Shown: positions 47,860-57,691 of the stretch, one piece after another | How positions within the stretch are numbered: position 1 is the stretch's first letter | Layout: every line of letters starts with the position of its first letter | Origin: an uncultured Fibrobacterota bacterium | GTDB taxonomy: Bacteria > Fibrobacterota > Chitinivibrionia > Chitinivibrionales > FEN-1185 | Direction: 5' to 3' | Assembly: GCA_963753345.1 (NCBI GenBank) | Contig: CAVWBU010000024.1 | Coordinates: 1-64,000, forward strand | Length of the DNA: 64,000 bases | Translations under genes and position numbers: made by a program | Notes under the pieces: generated by a model | Databases searched by the model: none | Told to the model about the DNA's origin: nothing | The model's input: only the letters and a program-made list of their open reading frames with translations

Positions 47860-50190
47860 TTACTCTTTCGCCTTGCCTTTGCGGAAAACCGCTGCGCAAT
47901 TGACGCCCTGCGGTGAGCTGAAAACGGTGAGAATATAGTTTTTTCCGCGCCCCTTTTCCAGGGAAGAATCGGCCAGGCCGTGCGAAAGGGCAAACAGTGG
48001 CACCGTGGCTTCCGCGTGCCCGAGCCGGGAGGAAGGATCGAGCCAAGCGGCGTCGCCCTCCCCCATCACGGCGCGGACCGCTTCGGCCCCCCGGCCTATG
48101 CTCGGGCCGCAGCACACTGTCCCGATGTCGGCCGCCGTGATTCCGGCGTTGGCAAGAGCGGTCTTGGCCGTTGCGGTCAGCATCGCTTCACCGCTATCGG
48201 GGTTCATGCAATCCCCGGTTTCCGTGGAATAGGTAACCGAACACACCGTCCCGAGCACCGCGGCGCCGCGCGCCGCTGCGCTTGATTCGGTCTCCAGCAT
48301 CACGGCGCAGGCGCCCTCGCCGTAGGGGACCCCACCGGGCGGGACCACGCCCGCCGCATGCGCGTCGGACAGAATGCGTTTGGACAGCTCGTCCACGCTC
48401 AGGCTCACGATCGCATTCGCGTGACCGTTCTCGATTGCAAACGCGGCAAACCCGAGCCCCATGAGGCCCGCGCCCGGGCCGAAGCTCAGGGTGGTGTTGT
48501 GGCCGGTGAGACGCAGCGCCTTGCATACGTTGCCGGCCACCGAATTCGGCACAACGTACGGAAACGCAGCCACCTGGTTGATGCGGAAATTGCCGCGCAG
48601 GAGCGGGACTATGTGCTCGGATTCTGCCCAGGAAGGGCCTGCGGAAATATGAAGGAACAGCCCGATATCCCTTCGGCCGCCCGGCCGCTCCGCGCCCATC
48701 GCCTGCGAAAGCGCCAGCCTTGTCGCCGCAACCGCGAAGACGCTCGACCTGTCCATGTTGCGGGTGTCGATGCGGCGGTCAATGGCGGCCATGTCGAAGT
48801 CCGGGACCATGGCCGCGCAAACAGCCGCGCCCCCGTCAATGTCAACATCCCGGAAAAGACTTTCAGAAGATTTTACTGCCGCGGCAAGGCGATCAACGCC
48901 CACGCCCGCCGGCGACACCGCGCCGATGCCGGTGATCACCACAGGTCCGGCCGATCCCCTGTCGGGCGGACACCCGGCGGAATCGGGCTTTACTTTTACA
49001 ACAATGCTTGCGTTGTTGCCGCCGAACGCAAAATTGTTCTTGAGCATGGGGCCGGAATCATCCGCGCGTCGGCCCGCGTCCGGGACGTAATCGAGGGTGC
49101 AGCCGTCGCGGCGCTCCGAAAAATGCGCCGTGGCCGGGAGTATCCCCTTTGACAGGCACAGGATGCTTGCCGTTGTTTCGAGCGCGCCCGCGGCCCCGAG
49201 GCAATGGCCGATAATTGACTTTGTGGAACTCACCGGCATCGACGCAGCCGCGGCGCCGAATGTCTTGCGGATCGCCCTGGTCTCGGCCTTGTCGTTGGCC
49301 TCGGTGCCGGTGCCGTGCGCGTTGATGTAGCGAATTGACAATGGCGAAACACCGGCGTCGGCGAGCGCGCGCTCCATGGCAAGCGACTGGCCCGCGCCCG
49401 ACGGGTCGGGCGCGGTGCAATGGTACGCGTCGTTGCTGAGCCCGAACCCGAGGATTTCGGCGTGCAGGGAAGCGCCCCTGGCCTGCGCGGCCTCCATGCT
49501 TTCCAGAACAAGAAACGCCGCGCCTTCGCCCAGGTTGAGGCCGGCGGGCTTTGAAAACGGCGCGCAGGTCCCCTCGCAGGTCGCCTTGAGACCGTCGAAC
49601 CCTGCAAGTGTAGTCTCGGCAAAGGTGTCGCTGCCCCCGGCGACTGCGGCGTCCACAACCCCCATGCGGATGAGGTCGGCGGCAATCCCTATGGCCGCGG
49701 TGCTCGCCGAGCACGCGGTGACCACCGTCGAGCTCGGGCCGGAAATGCCGAATAAATGGGCAAGCGCCTTGGCGCCGGAATAATAGCGAAGCGAGAAGAA
49801 CTCTTCTTTGGTAAGCGATATATCGCCAGCCAGCACGGCCGCATACCGGCGCTCGATGGTCTGCATGGGCCCGCTGCACGTGGCGAACACCAGCCCCATT
49901 CTCGGGCCGAGTTCGCGCGGGTCGAGGTGCGCCCGGTCGAGCGCCTCGCGGCACGCGGCGGCGGCAAAATGGACGAACTTGTCAAGAAAACGTACGTGCG
50001 GCGGCAGGAATGCGCGTTCGTCAAAGTGCCGGACAAGGCCCGCGTGCGTGGCACGGAGATGGGAAAGGTGCGGCCGGCCGATGGGCGAAAACGACGCAGC
50101 GCCCTGCGCCACGGCTTGTGCAAACGAATCGCAGTCGATCCCGGCGCTGCACACCGCGCCCATGCCGGTTACCATTACGCGCCGCCTCAC
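47860..50190 (-). CDS. Ketosynthase didomain: active FabF-like KS plus inactive CLF-like KS
   Basis: TACSAS, NAHGTGT, GHCLGAAG, FAFGGNN in domain 1; second VITGIG domain has SFGPGAG with no catalytic Cys. Confidence 0.9.
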   Translation of the reverse strand: MRRRVMVTGMGAVCSAGIDCDSFAQAVAQGAASFSPIGRPHLSHLRATHAGLVRHFDERAFLPPHVRFLDKFVHFAAAACREALDRAHLDPRELGPRMGLVFATCSGPMQTIERRYAAVLAGDISLTKEEFFSLRYYSGAKALAHLFGISGPSSTVVTACSASTAAIGIAADLIRMGVVDAAVAGGSDTFAETTLAGFDGLKATCEGTCAPFSKPAGLNLGEGAAFLVLESMEAAQARGASLHAEILGFGLSNDAYHCTAPDPSGAGQSLAMERALADAGVSPLSIRYINAHGTGTEANDKAETRAIRKTFGAAAASMPVSSTKSIIGHCLGAAGALETTASILCLSKGILPATAHFSERRDGCTLDYVPDAGRRADDSGPMLKNNFAFGGNNASIVVKVKPDSAGCPPDRGSAGPVVITGIGAVSPAGVGVDRLAAAVKSSESLFRDVDIDGGAAVCAAMVPDFDMAAIDRRIDTRNMDRSSVFAVAATRLALSQAMGAERPGGRRDIGLFLHISAGPSWAESEHIVPLLRGNFRINQVAAFPYVVPNSVAGNVCKALRLTGHNTTLSFGPGAGLMGLGFAAFAIENGHANAIVSLSVDELSKRILSDAHAAGVVPPGGVPYGEGACAVMLETESSAAARGAAVLGTVCSVTYSTETGDCMNPDSGEAMLTATAKTALANAGITAADIGTVCCGPSIGRGAEAVRAVMGEGDAAWLDPSSRLGHAEATVPLFALSHGLADSSLEKGRGKNYILTVFSSPQGVNCAAVFRKGKAKE

Positions 50191-53100
50191 GGCCGCACCG
50201 CGCCCGGTGAAAGAACCAGGGCAAAGTTGTAGCCGAGGTCGGTGCTCGCGAGCGCGAGCGCGTACCGAGGCTGCGCAACCTCTCCCCGGTTGTCAAGATC
50301 GGCAATGCCGGTTTTCTGCGGCCACAGCCCCTTGCCGCTCGCCAGGCCCGAAAGCGCGCAGGCGACCGAAACCAGAATGGAGGCAGTCTCTATGTACCCG
50401 GTGTTGAACGTGGTGGCGGCAAGCGGAACGCTTCCGAGGCCGCTGTCTGCAAGCACGTCGAGCACCTTCTTGTCCTGGCCGTTACCTTGCGGCGCCCAAA
50501 TAATAAGCCCGATGTCCCCAAAGCCGATGCCCGCGCGCGACAGCGCGACATCGCAGGCGTGCGCCAGGCCGTCGGGCGCAAGGCTGGGCGCGGAGAATTC
50601 CTTTCCGTCAATGCTCATGGCGTACGACAGCACCTCGGCCAGCACGGGCGCGCTGCGCTCCGCAGCGCACTCCACGGTTTCGAGCACGATTGCGGCCGCG
50701 CCTTCGCCGATCACCTTCCGTCTTGGTTCCGATATGTCAAGGCGGTACTCATCCTCGGCCGCGCCCTGCTTGAGGAACCCAATGAGGTCGTAATTGTAAA
50801 ACATCTGGCCGTAGATTTCGTCGGACGCGGCGGCCAGCATGGCCTTTGCGCGGCGCTGGCGCAGCGCGTTGAACGCGTAGGCCACGCTTGCCAGGCCCGC
50901 GTGCGGCCCTGGCGCCACGGTCATATTGACGCCCTTGAGGCTCAGCGCATTGGAGACCCAGCCTGCCGTGGAGTTGGCCGTGATGTTCGAGAAGCAGTTG
51001 ATGTGCGGCTCAAAGGTGTCCGATTTGAAAACGCTGTTCATGTGGTCCGATTCCGGCGGGCCGTTGCACACGCCCATCACGATGCCCGCGTCGTCGCAGT
51101 TCTTCTGGCCCACGCGCAGGCCCGCGGCCTCGAGCGCAAGCCGCGAAGCTGCTGTAGCATACCTGCTGATGGCGTTCATTTCCGAAAAATCAAGCCTCCG
51201 ATCCACGTCCGCCGCGGAAAACAGAGGCACCAGTCCCGCCCGCTTCGACGCGGCGCCGGGGTGCCCCAGCCGGTCTGCCGGCCCGATGCCCTTCTCGCCC
51301 CGGCGGAGCCGCTCGAGCGTTTTTTCGACCCCAAGCCCCAGCGACGTCACCGTGCCCGCTCCGGTAATCACCACGCGGCTGAGGTCTCGCTTCCGGGGCG
51401 GAAGCGCAAAGTCCCATTGCGTGATGCAGGCGGCTGCGTTGTTGCCGCCGAAAGCGTAATTCGCGGAAAGAAAGGCGCTGTACCGGGCGGGGCGCGCCGC
51501 ATTGGGAACATAGTCGAGCGTGCAGCCGGGCCGGGGCGAAGAGAAATTGAGCGTCGCCGGGATAAACCCGTCGTTCATCGCAAGAAGGTTGCAGGTGGCC
51601 TCAAGGATGCCGGTGGTGCCCATGCAGTGACCGAAAAACGACTTTGTTGACGTAACAGGAATCTGCGCCGTGCCGCAGAACTTGGCGATGCCTTTGGATT
51701 CCGCGCGGTCGTTGGCCTCGGTGCCTGTGCCGTGCGCGTTGATGCAGCCGATATCGGCCAGCGCGATGCCCGCGTCGGCGAGCGCTCCCGCGAGCGTTTT
51801 GGCAACCCCGTCGCCGCGCGGGTCGGGCGATGTGGGGTGGTAGGCGTCCGAGGTGAGTGAATGTCCCGCCACCTTCGCGTAGATGCGCGCGTGCCGGAGC
51901 AGGGCCTGCTCCAGGTCTTCGAGCACCCAGAACACGGATGCTTCCCCTATGTTAAGTCCTACGGGCAGGGAAAACGGCGCGGTTTGCCCGGTGGAAACCG
52001 CCTTGAGGCCGTTGAACCCGCTCACGTTCGCCACGCACAGCGAATCCGATCCGCCTACCACCACCGTGGAAAACAGCCCGAGGTTGACAAGCGAGGCCGC
52101 AAGCCCGATCGCGCCGGTGGTCGAGGAGCACGCCGTGGTCACGATCCAGATTTCGCCGCCGATCCCCAGCGCCCGCGACAGGGCCTTGCCGAACCCGTAA
52201 TACTGCGCCTGCAGATTCATCTTCTCGTCGAACACCCTGCTGCCCTTGGCGTGGAGCCACTTGTACTCCTCTTCGGCCGAACGGAGCCCGCCGTTGCAGG
52301 TGCCGAGCACGAGCGCTATGTCGCGCCTCGCCTGGCCGGGCTTCCACGAAAGGCCCGCGTCGGCGAGCGCGGCACGCGCGGATGCCACTGCATACAAAAG
52401 GTACCGGTCGTCGTATTCGGCGATTTCGTCTTTGTCAAGATACGCGCCCGGATCGAACCCCTTTATCTCGCCGCCCAGGTTGGTGCGGAAATGACGCGCG
52501 TCGAACTGGGTGATCGGCGCGAGGCCGTGTTTCCCTTCCCGCAGCGCCCTGAGAATCGCCCCAATGCCGTTGCCGATGGGGCTCAGCGCGCCGATGCCGG
52601 TTATCACCGCCTGCCCGCGCACGCCCTGGCGCGTTAGCGGCTTGCCCACCACCTTGCGGCCGTCCTTGAACGTGGACGGCTCAAGGCTTGCCGTATGCGA
52701 ATCCTTCTGACGCCTGAAAAAGGCGTTCCAGATGCCGATGAATTCCCGGTACAGCTCGTCCCGTGTCATGTTGAGCGGCTCGAACACCACGTGCGCGCCG
52801 TTGTAATGCGACCAGTTCCTGTCGACGATGCGGTTCTGGCGTTCGAGCCTGTCCCAGTGCACCGAGCCGGGGTACGGCGTAAACAGGAAGAATTCCGACG
52901 TGTGGATGTTTGCCTTGTCGAACAGGTCGACCACCCTGTCGCCGATGCCGGGCCCGTCCCAGTCGCGTCCTACGGCGCACGAGCCGAAGAACCTTATGTC
53001 GTGGTTGCCAAGTTTCTTGACAAGATCGAAAAGCATCTGCCGCTCTTTGGCCTCGCCGGCGAGCGCCCGTATCGACACAGGGTCGACGTTGAGCGTGCAG

Positions 53101-53936
53101 TAGAAATTCTTGACGCCCGCACGCGCCATGAGGCCGAGGAATTCCTCGTCGGTGTTGAGCGCCATGGTGGAGGACACGAAATATTTCTTCCCGAGCGGGA
53201 TAAGCGCGGCAAGCAGGCTGCGGGCGTATTCCGCCATCTTGCGCTGGGTGAAAAAGAGCGTATCGTCGGCAAGGTAGACGTTCTCGTACTTGAGCTGGCG
53301 TATCTCCTCCACCACGTTGTCAATCGGCCTGAACCGGATTTTACTCCCCATGTGCGCGGGAATGGCGCACATGGCGCAGTTGTAGGAGCAACCGCGCGTG
53401 AGCTGGACCAGGTCTTCGTCCCAGTCGTAATAGTCCTTTTTGTAAAAGAGGTCCCGCCTGGGGATCTTCATCTTCGCCATATCGAAGGTGCAACCGCCCT
53501 TGTAGATCCTCTTGAGGTTTCCTGCCTTCAGGTCTTCGAGAATAAGGGGCCATGTGGGTTCGCCCTCGCCGAGGTTGACGCTGTCCGCGTGCCGCAGGCA
53601 TTCCTCATGCATGAACGACGGGAAAAACCCACCCGTGATGACTTTGGTGCCGCGGCTGCGGAACCCGTCCCCTATTTCGAAGGCCCGCGTTGCCTGCGGG
53701 GTAAAGCAGTTGATGGCCACGAGATCGGCGGCCGCGGAAAAATCGACCGGATCGCCGGCATTATCGTCGACAAGCTCTACCTCGAATTCCGGCGGCGTCA
53801 ACGACGCGAGAATGGGGATGCCCAGCGACGGCGGCGTGGTGAAATCACCGAGGAAATAGTCGACAAGCCCCTGGTCGAGCTCAGGGTTGTTCGTGAGAAA
53901 TTTTTCGAATCGAGGATAAATAAAGATGATTTTCAC
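50187..53936 (-). CDS. B12-binding radical SAM + KS + CLF-like KS fusion protein
   Basis: B12-binding-like N terminus (PSLG..LAS, GG, GEGE), RGCSYNCAMC; KS with TACSS/HGTGT/GHCMG; final KS fold lacking Cys and His. Confidence 0.88.
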   Translation of the reverse strand: MKIIFIYPRFEKFLTNNPELDQGLVDYFLGDFTTPPSLGIPILASLTPPEFEVELVDDNAGDPVDFSAAADLVAINCFTPQATRAFEIGDGFRSRGTKVITGGFFPSFMHEECLRHADSVNLGEGEPTWPLILEDLKAGNLKRIYKGGCTFDMAKMKIPRRDLFYKKDYYDWDEDLVQLTRGCSYNCAMCAIPAHMGSKIRFRPIDNVVEEIRQLKYENVYLADDTLFFTQRKMAEYARSLLAALIPLGKKYFVSSTMALNTDEEFLGLMARAGVKNFYCTLNVDPVSIRALAGEAKERQMLFDLVKKLGNHDIRFFGSCAVGRDWDGPGIGDRVVDLFDKANIHTSEFFLFTPYPGSVHWDRLERQNRIVDRNWSHYNGAHVVFEPLNMTRDELYREFIGIWNAFFRRQKDSHTASLEPSTFKDGRKVVGKPLTRQGVRGQAVITGIGALSPIGNGIGAILRALREGKHGLAPITQFDARHFRTNLGGEIKGFDPGAYLDKDEIAEYDDRYLLYAVASARAALADAGLSWKPGQARRDIALVLGTCNGGLRSAEEEYKWLHAKGSRVFDEKMNLQAQYYGFGKALSRALGIGGEIWIVTTACSSTTGAIGLAASLVNLGLFSTVVVGGSDSLCVANVSGFNGLKAVSTGQTAPFSLPVGLNIGEASVFWVLEDLEQALLRHARIYAKVAGHSLTSDAYHPTSPDPRGDGVAKTLAGALADAGIALADIGCINAHGTGTEANDRAESKGIAKFCGTAQIPVTSTKSFFGHCMGTTGILEATCNLLAMNDGFIPATLNFSSPRPGCTLDYVPNAARPARYSAFLSANYAFGGNNAAACITQWDFALPPRKRDLSRVVITGAGTVTSLGLGVEKTLERLRRGEKGIGPADRLGHPGAASKRAGLVPLFSAADVDRRLDFSEMNAISRYATAASRLALEAAGLRVGQKNCDDAGIVMGVCNGPPESDHMNSVFKSDTFEPHINCFSNITANSTAGWVSNALSLKGVNMTVAPGPHAGLASVAYAFNALRQRRAKAMLAAASDEIYGQMFYNYDLIGFLKQGAAEDEYRLDISEPRRKVIGEGAAAIVLETVECAAERSAPVLAEVLSYAMSIDGKEFSAPSLAPDGLAHACDVALSRAGIGFGDIGLIIWAPQGNGQDKKVLDVLADSGLGSVPLAATTFNTGYIETASILVSVACALSGLASGKGLWPQKTGIADLDNRGEVAQPRYALALASTDLGYNFALVLSPGAVRP

Positions 53937-54008
53937 GGGATTTGTACCAACATTAAGTAAAAATAACCCATGGAGAATTGATAGAAGACATGAAAAACAT
54001 CCTATTGG

Positions 54009-54129
54009 CGGGGGAGGTTTCCCCCTGCCTGCGGCCGCCTCCGGCGTCCTCCGTCACCCCCTCCTGGGTGCACCCCAAGAGAGGGTCGTTGCAAGAGTCA
54101 AGCTTCGGTTGGGGGGCACCCGTGGAGAG
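54009..54129 (+). repeat. Structured repeat family A, copy 3
   Basis: GGGGGA-GGTT-TCCCCC; CTCCTGGGTGCACCCC...GGGGGGCACCCGTGGAG. Confidence 0.85.
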
Positions 54130-54291
54130 TAGTTGTACCGAGCACTTTTCTTTCTCTGTCTCTTTGTCACTTTGTAAGTTTCTGCCTGTGGCGGCACCCA
54201 AGGAGAGCAGTGGGAAATAGAGCCGTTGCAAAGTTGAGTAATTGTAATGTTGACAACAGGGAGGAAGCCAGGCCAATCTTTTGCGAATGCT

Positions 54292-54483
54292 AATTGGCGC
54301 AAGAAAAAGTAATTGGCTGAATAGAATTTCCCATGCCGCGCGTTAGGCAGGACTGGAAAAATGGTCCCGCTTGAGGCGGGATGCTGCCTGACCACGGCCC
54401 GCAGGGCCCTCGTGGCAGGCGGCCCGAGGCCGAAGGCCGAGACCGTAAGGACGGCCGACCCGAGCGCAACGAGGGGAACGCCA
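54292..54483 (+). repeat. Structured repeat family B, copy 3
   Basis: ATTGGCGCAAGAAAAAG..ATTG..GAATAGA...TGCCGCGCGTTAGG..GGACTGGA...GGGAACGCC. Confidence 0.8.
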
Positions 54484-54518
54484 CGCTTATTTACTAAATG
54501 CGAAACTACGCCTGCAAA

Positions 54519-55676
54519 TCATGGCACTATCCACCGCCCTATCCCCTCGATCTGCGGATCGCTCCCGTTCTTCCATGGCCCCGGATGGCCGGCGACAAAT
54601 TCGTGCACCGAAAGACCGAGCGCGAGCGGGATGCGCATGGCCGCCGGGATGCCGGCGTCTTCCACGCTCTGGACCTTGACGGGATGGAAATAGGTGGAGA
54701 GATATTCGAGCAGGGTGAGGTTGTGCGCGCCCCCGCCCGACACCCACACGGTCTCCGGCGTCAGCACGTGGCGGTACTCGCGCTTGTAAAAATCGAACAC
54801 GGTGCGCGCGGTGAGGGCCGTGAGCGTGGCAGCCCTGTCTTGGGGAGAAAGCGCCGCGACCTTCGGATGGCGATAGAGTTCCGTGAAGTCCTGCACAAAG
54901 GCCTGCTTTGGGCCGGGCCGATTGAACCATTCCTGCGACGCAAGCTCGCTCACACATTCGTTGTTGACGGTACCCCGGGCCGCAAGCGTCCCGTCGCGGT
55001 CAAAGCCGTCGGCGCCGCCCGCGTCGCGGGCCGCAAGGTTGACCAGGCACGTGCCCGGCCCGATATCGGTGTCGAGCACGGTGTGCATTGCCTGATTGTC
55101 AACCACCGTGAGATGCGCCATGAGGCCGATGTTGAGGTACACCGACACCGGCTCAACGTTCTTTGCGACCTTGACGTTGCCCGGAAACAGCGGCAGTGTC
55201 CCTGCGCCCCCGGCCAGGATGTTGTGCCGGGCAAACTCGGTGACCACAGGAACGCCGAACGCCGACGCCAGGAGCTGACCGTCGCCGAGCGTCACGTCCC
55301 AGCAGCGCACCTGCCCGCCGTTGTCCATGGGGCCGCTGTAAAGAGTGCATTTGTTAAGCACCACGCAGTGCGGCGTGCGCACGGACTTGTGCGCGTGCGA
55401 TAGCACCGCGCGGCCGCATTCCAGGAACAGGTGCGACACCTTCCCGTCGAGCCAGGCAAGCCTCCGGATCTCCAGCGCAGCCTGCGGCGAGAACGCCGCG
55501 GCCCCTATGGCTTCCTCCACCGCGTCCGGATACGGCACCACCGCGTGCGAAACCGTCTCCCACGCGTCGCCCTCCACGCAGATGTAAATCCCCTGGATGC
55601 CGCTCTGCGGCCCGCCCGCAGAAAGGATGAGCATGCGGAGCTTCTTGGTCTTTCTGAGCTTGAGGAGATGGTTCAT
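54519..55676 (-). CDS. Anhydro-N-acetylmuramic acid kinase-like protein (divergent)
   Basis: LGDGQLLA, AGGAG..P, LNIG, DIGPG, DRDG.LAARG, SGGGAHN; several family motifs altered. Confidence 0.75.
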   Translation of the reverse strand: MNHLLKLRKTKKLRMLILSAGGPQSGIQGIYICVEGDAWETVSHAVVPYPDAVEEAIGAAAFSPQAALEIRRLAWLDGKVSHLFLECGRAVLSHAHKSVRTPHCVVLNKCTLYSGPMDNGGQVRCWDVTLGDGQLLASAFGVPVVTEFARHNILAGGAGTLPLFPGNVKVAKNVEPVSVYLNIGLMAHLTVVDNQAMHTVLDTDIGPGTCLVNLAARDAGGADGFDRDGTLAARGTVNNECVSELASQEWFNRPGPKQAFVQDFTELYRHPKVAALSPQDRAATLTALTARTVFDFYKREYRHVLTPETVWVSGGGAHNLTLLEYLSTYFHPVKVQSVEDAGIPAAMRIPLALGLSVHEFVAGHPGPWKNGSDPQIEGIGRWIVP

Positions 55677-55741
55677 GGTTTGGTTCCAAGAGTTATTAAT
55701 GAAAGCGATAAACAGATGACAAGTCATGAAACTGATAACGT

Positions 55742-55804
55742 CCGTTCGTGCTGAGCTTGTCGAAGCATGAACGGACGCCCTTCGACTAGGCTCAGGGCGA
55801 ACGG
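55742..55804. repeat. REP-type palindromic element
   Basis: CCGTTCG.GCTGAGC.TGTCGAAG ... CTTCGAC.AGGCTCAGGGCGAACGG inverted pair. Confidence 0.75.
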
Positions 55805-56152
55805 TTGTCATCTATTTTCTGACCGGATTAATACAATGTATAAATACTACATAGCCGGGAAGGGAGCAACAGGGGATTGGAGAGGCGGCAGGTAGATAGG
55901 TTTAAGCTATGTTATCAAGCTGTGATATGACTGATTTGGTCGCGAATCAGGGCACTTTATGGTGGAACACGTGGTTTTCCTGCAGAAAACACTTTCTTTA
56001 CTTTGTCCTTGCTTTTTGATTTTGGTCACGTATATTATCAACAAGGAGGCGGGGGTGCAAGCCCCACCTAAAAGGAATCGGAACTGTTTTTGTTCCGATT
56101 TTGGAAGAGGTTTCCGGGAGAAAGCAATCCTTTAGATAAAGGACAAAAGATC

Positions 56153-57304
56153 ATGAAAAGAATCACCCTTGTTGTCCTGTCTGTGGTTATGCCCTTATCT
56201 TCGTCATTCGCATCTACCTGCGCCGCCAAGATTGACAATGCGCTGTGTCAACAGATGGCGAGCCTGGCACAGTCATCATCATTAATCCCAATCGAAATCC
56301 TGCTGCCCGAACCCCCCTTCAGCTATCCTAATAAAATGGAAGTCAGCGTGGACAGCGCGCGGAACTACAGCCTGATGGTCCAGGACTCTCTGAGCCGCCA
56401 CCTGAAGGCCATCGAACCGCAGATTGATTCGCTGTTTGTGAAATATGTCCTGCTGTCCATTTCAACCGGCCAAAGAATTTCTCCGCCGAATATTTCTTAT
56501 GACTATTTTTTGGACGTTAAGGCATCGGTTGCAACAATCAATCAACTGGCGCAGGAGAATCTGGTTGCAAGAATAGATTTGTTTTCGGCCCCCGGTGTCC
56601 CCACCGGTATGCCGGCTTTGACTATCCTGGCAATGCAATTTCCTTTTGACACGGTGCTTGCCGGTCTTATCACGGACAATGGAACGCTTTTAGCGGATAC
56701 GGTCGTCATCGCGCGGTACGGCATGAAATTCAAGTTCGGCCCCTTGTCAACAAGCCTCGTTTGTTGTCCCCAGGACATAGCATTTGATTTTGGAGTTTCG
56801 ACCCTTAAAGACAACAGGTTCCCCCAGGACGGAACCACGCTTTTGTCCGGGGGAAGCTATGACGGATCGGTGTGCTCTCCTCCATGCACTTCCTATGTAA
56901 ACATAGACAGCAGCTACAAGACACACGAGTATCGATTTCCGCTGGCAGACCCGCTTGGCCATGTTTTGTACATGAAAGTTATGGATGGGTCAAGACCTGA
57001 TTCGATAAGGGTTCGTTTTGACACAGTATCCTTTCTCACCAATACCAGCATTAGTGTTCGGTCTTCAGTAACAAATTCCGGGAAGATTGCGGTTGCTTTC
57101 GACAAGAACTTTGTGACCGTCTACGGACTTGACAACGCAAGAATCGCAATTTATGACGTCTCGGGCAGGAAGCTCTTTTCATCCATTCTCAATTCAAAAG
57201 ATTCACGAATACCCTTGCCGGCATTATCAAAGCCCGGAGTCTTTGTCGTCAAGGTGACGTCAGGCCGTGAAGAACTTGTGATCAAGAAATGTATGGTGCG
57301 CTGA
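56153..57304 (+). CDS. Secreted protein with T9SS type-A-like C-terminal sorting domain
   Basis: Signal peptide; IAIYDVSGRKL...PGVFVVKV...KK tail. Confidence 0.75.
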   Translation: MKRITLVVLSVVMPLSSSFASTCAAKIDNALCQQMASLAQSSSLIPIEILLPEPPFSYPNKMEVSVDSARNYSLMVQDSLSRHLKAIEPQIDSLFVKYVLLSISTGQRISPPNISYDYFLDVKASVATINQLAQENLVARIDLFSAPGVPTGMPALTILAMQFPFDTVLAGLITDNGTLLADTVVIARYGMKFKFGPLSTSLVCCPQDIAFDFGVSTLKDNRFPQDGTTLLSGGSYDGSVCSPPCTSYVNIDSSYKTHEYRFPLADPLGHVLYMKVMDGSRPDSIRVRFDTVSFLTNTSISVRSSVTNSGKIAVAFDKNFVTVYGLDNARIAIYDVSGRKLFSSILNSKDSRIPLPALSKPGVFVVKVTSGREELVIKKCMVR

Positions 57305-57410
57305 TCTTAGAACTTTGTTTCGGGGAAACGTGAGTAGATTGCTTCGCTCCGCTCGCAATGACAATCATCCCATTTATTCCCCTAAAATGACTGCGCATTG
57401 CTGATGCCAC

Positions 57411-57567
57411 CGCTCTCCTCGGGTGCCCCCGCAACAGAGTATGGTTTTGCAACCACCCTTTCTTGGGGTGCACCCAGGAGAGGGTAGCGGAGGACCGGCG
57501 CGCGGTTGGTAGCGTGAAAAAAGACGAGAGCGCGCGCCGGGCCGCAGCGAGGGGGAAACTTCCCCCC
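57411..57567 (-). repeat. Structured repeat family A, copy 4 (inverted, with insertion)
   Basis: Reverse complement reads GGGGGAAGTTTCCCCC...CTCCTGGGTGCACCCCAAG...TTGCAAAACCA...GGGGGCACCCGAGGAG. Confidence 0.85.
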
Positions 57568-57691
57568 ATGAATACTCTTCATTTTTAATTTTCTTCATCA
57601 CCTGACTCCAAACTTTTCCTCTCAATATCTTCCCCTTACCCCTGTATCCTGTTATATTTTACCCCCTACCGAAAACCGGGAGAAAACAAAC

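Noticed and set aside
47860-53936. Housekeeping fabF, or a ladderane cluster
   Set aside because: The didomain fusions with silent KS are unlike FabF; nothing in the sequence specifies a ladderane product.
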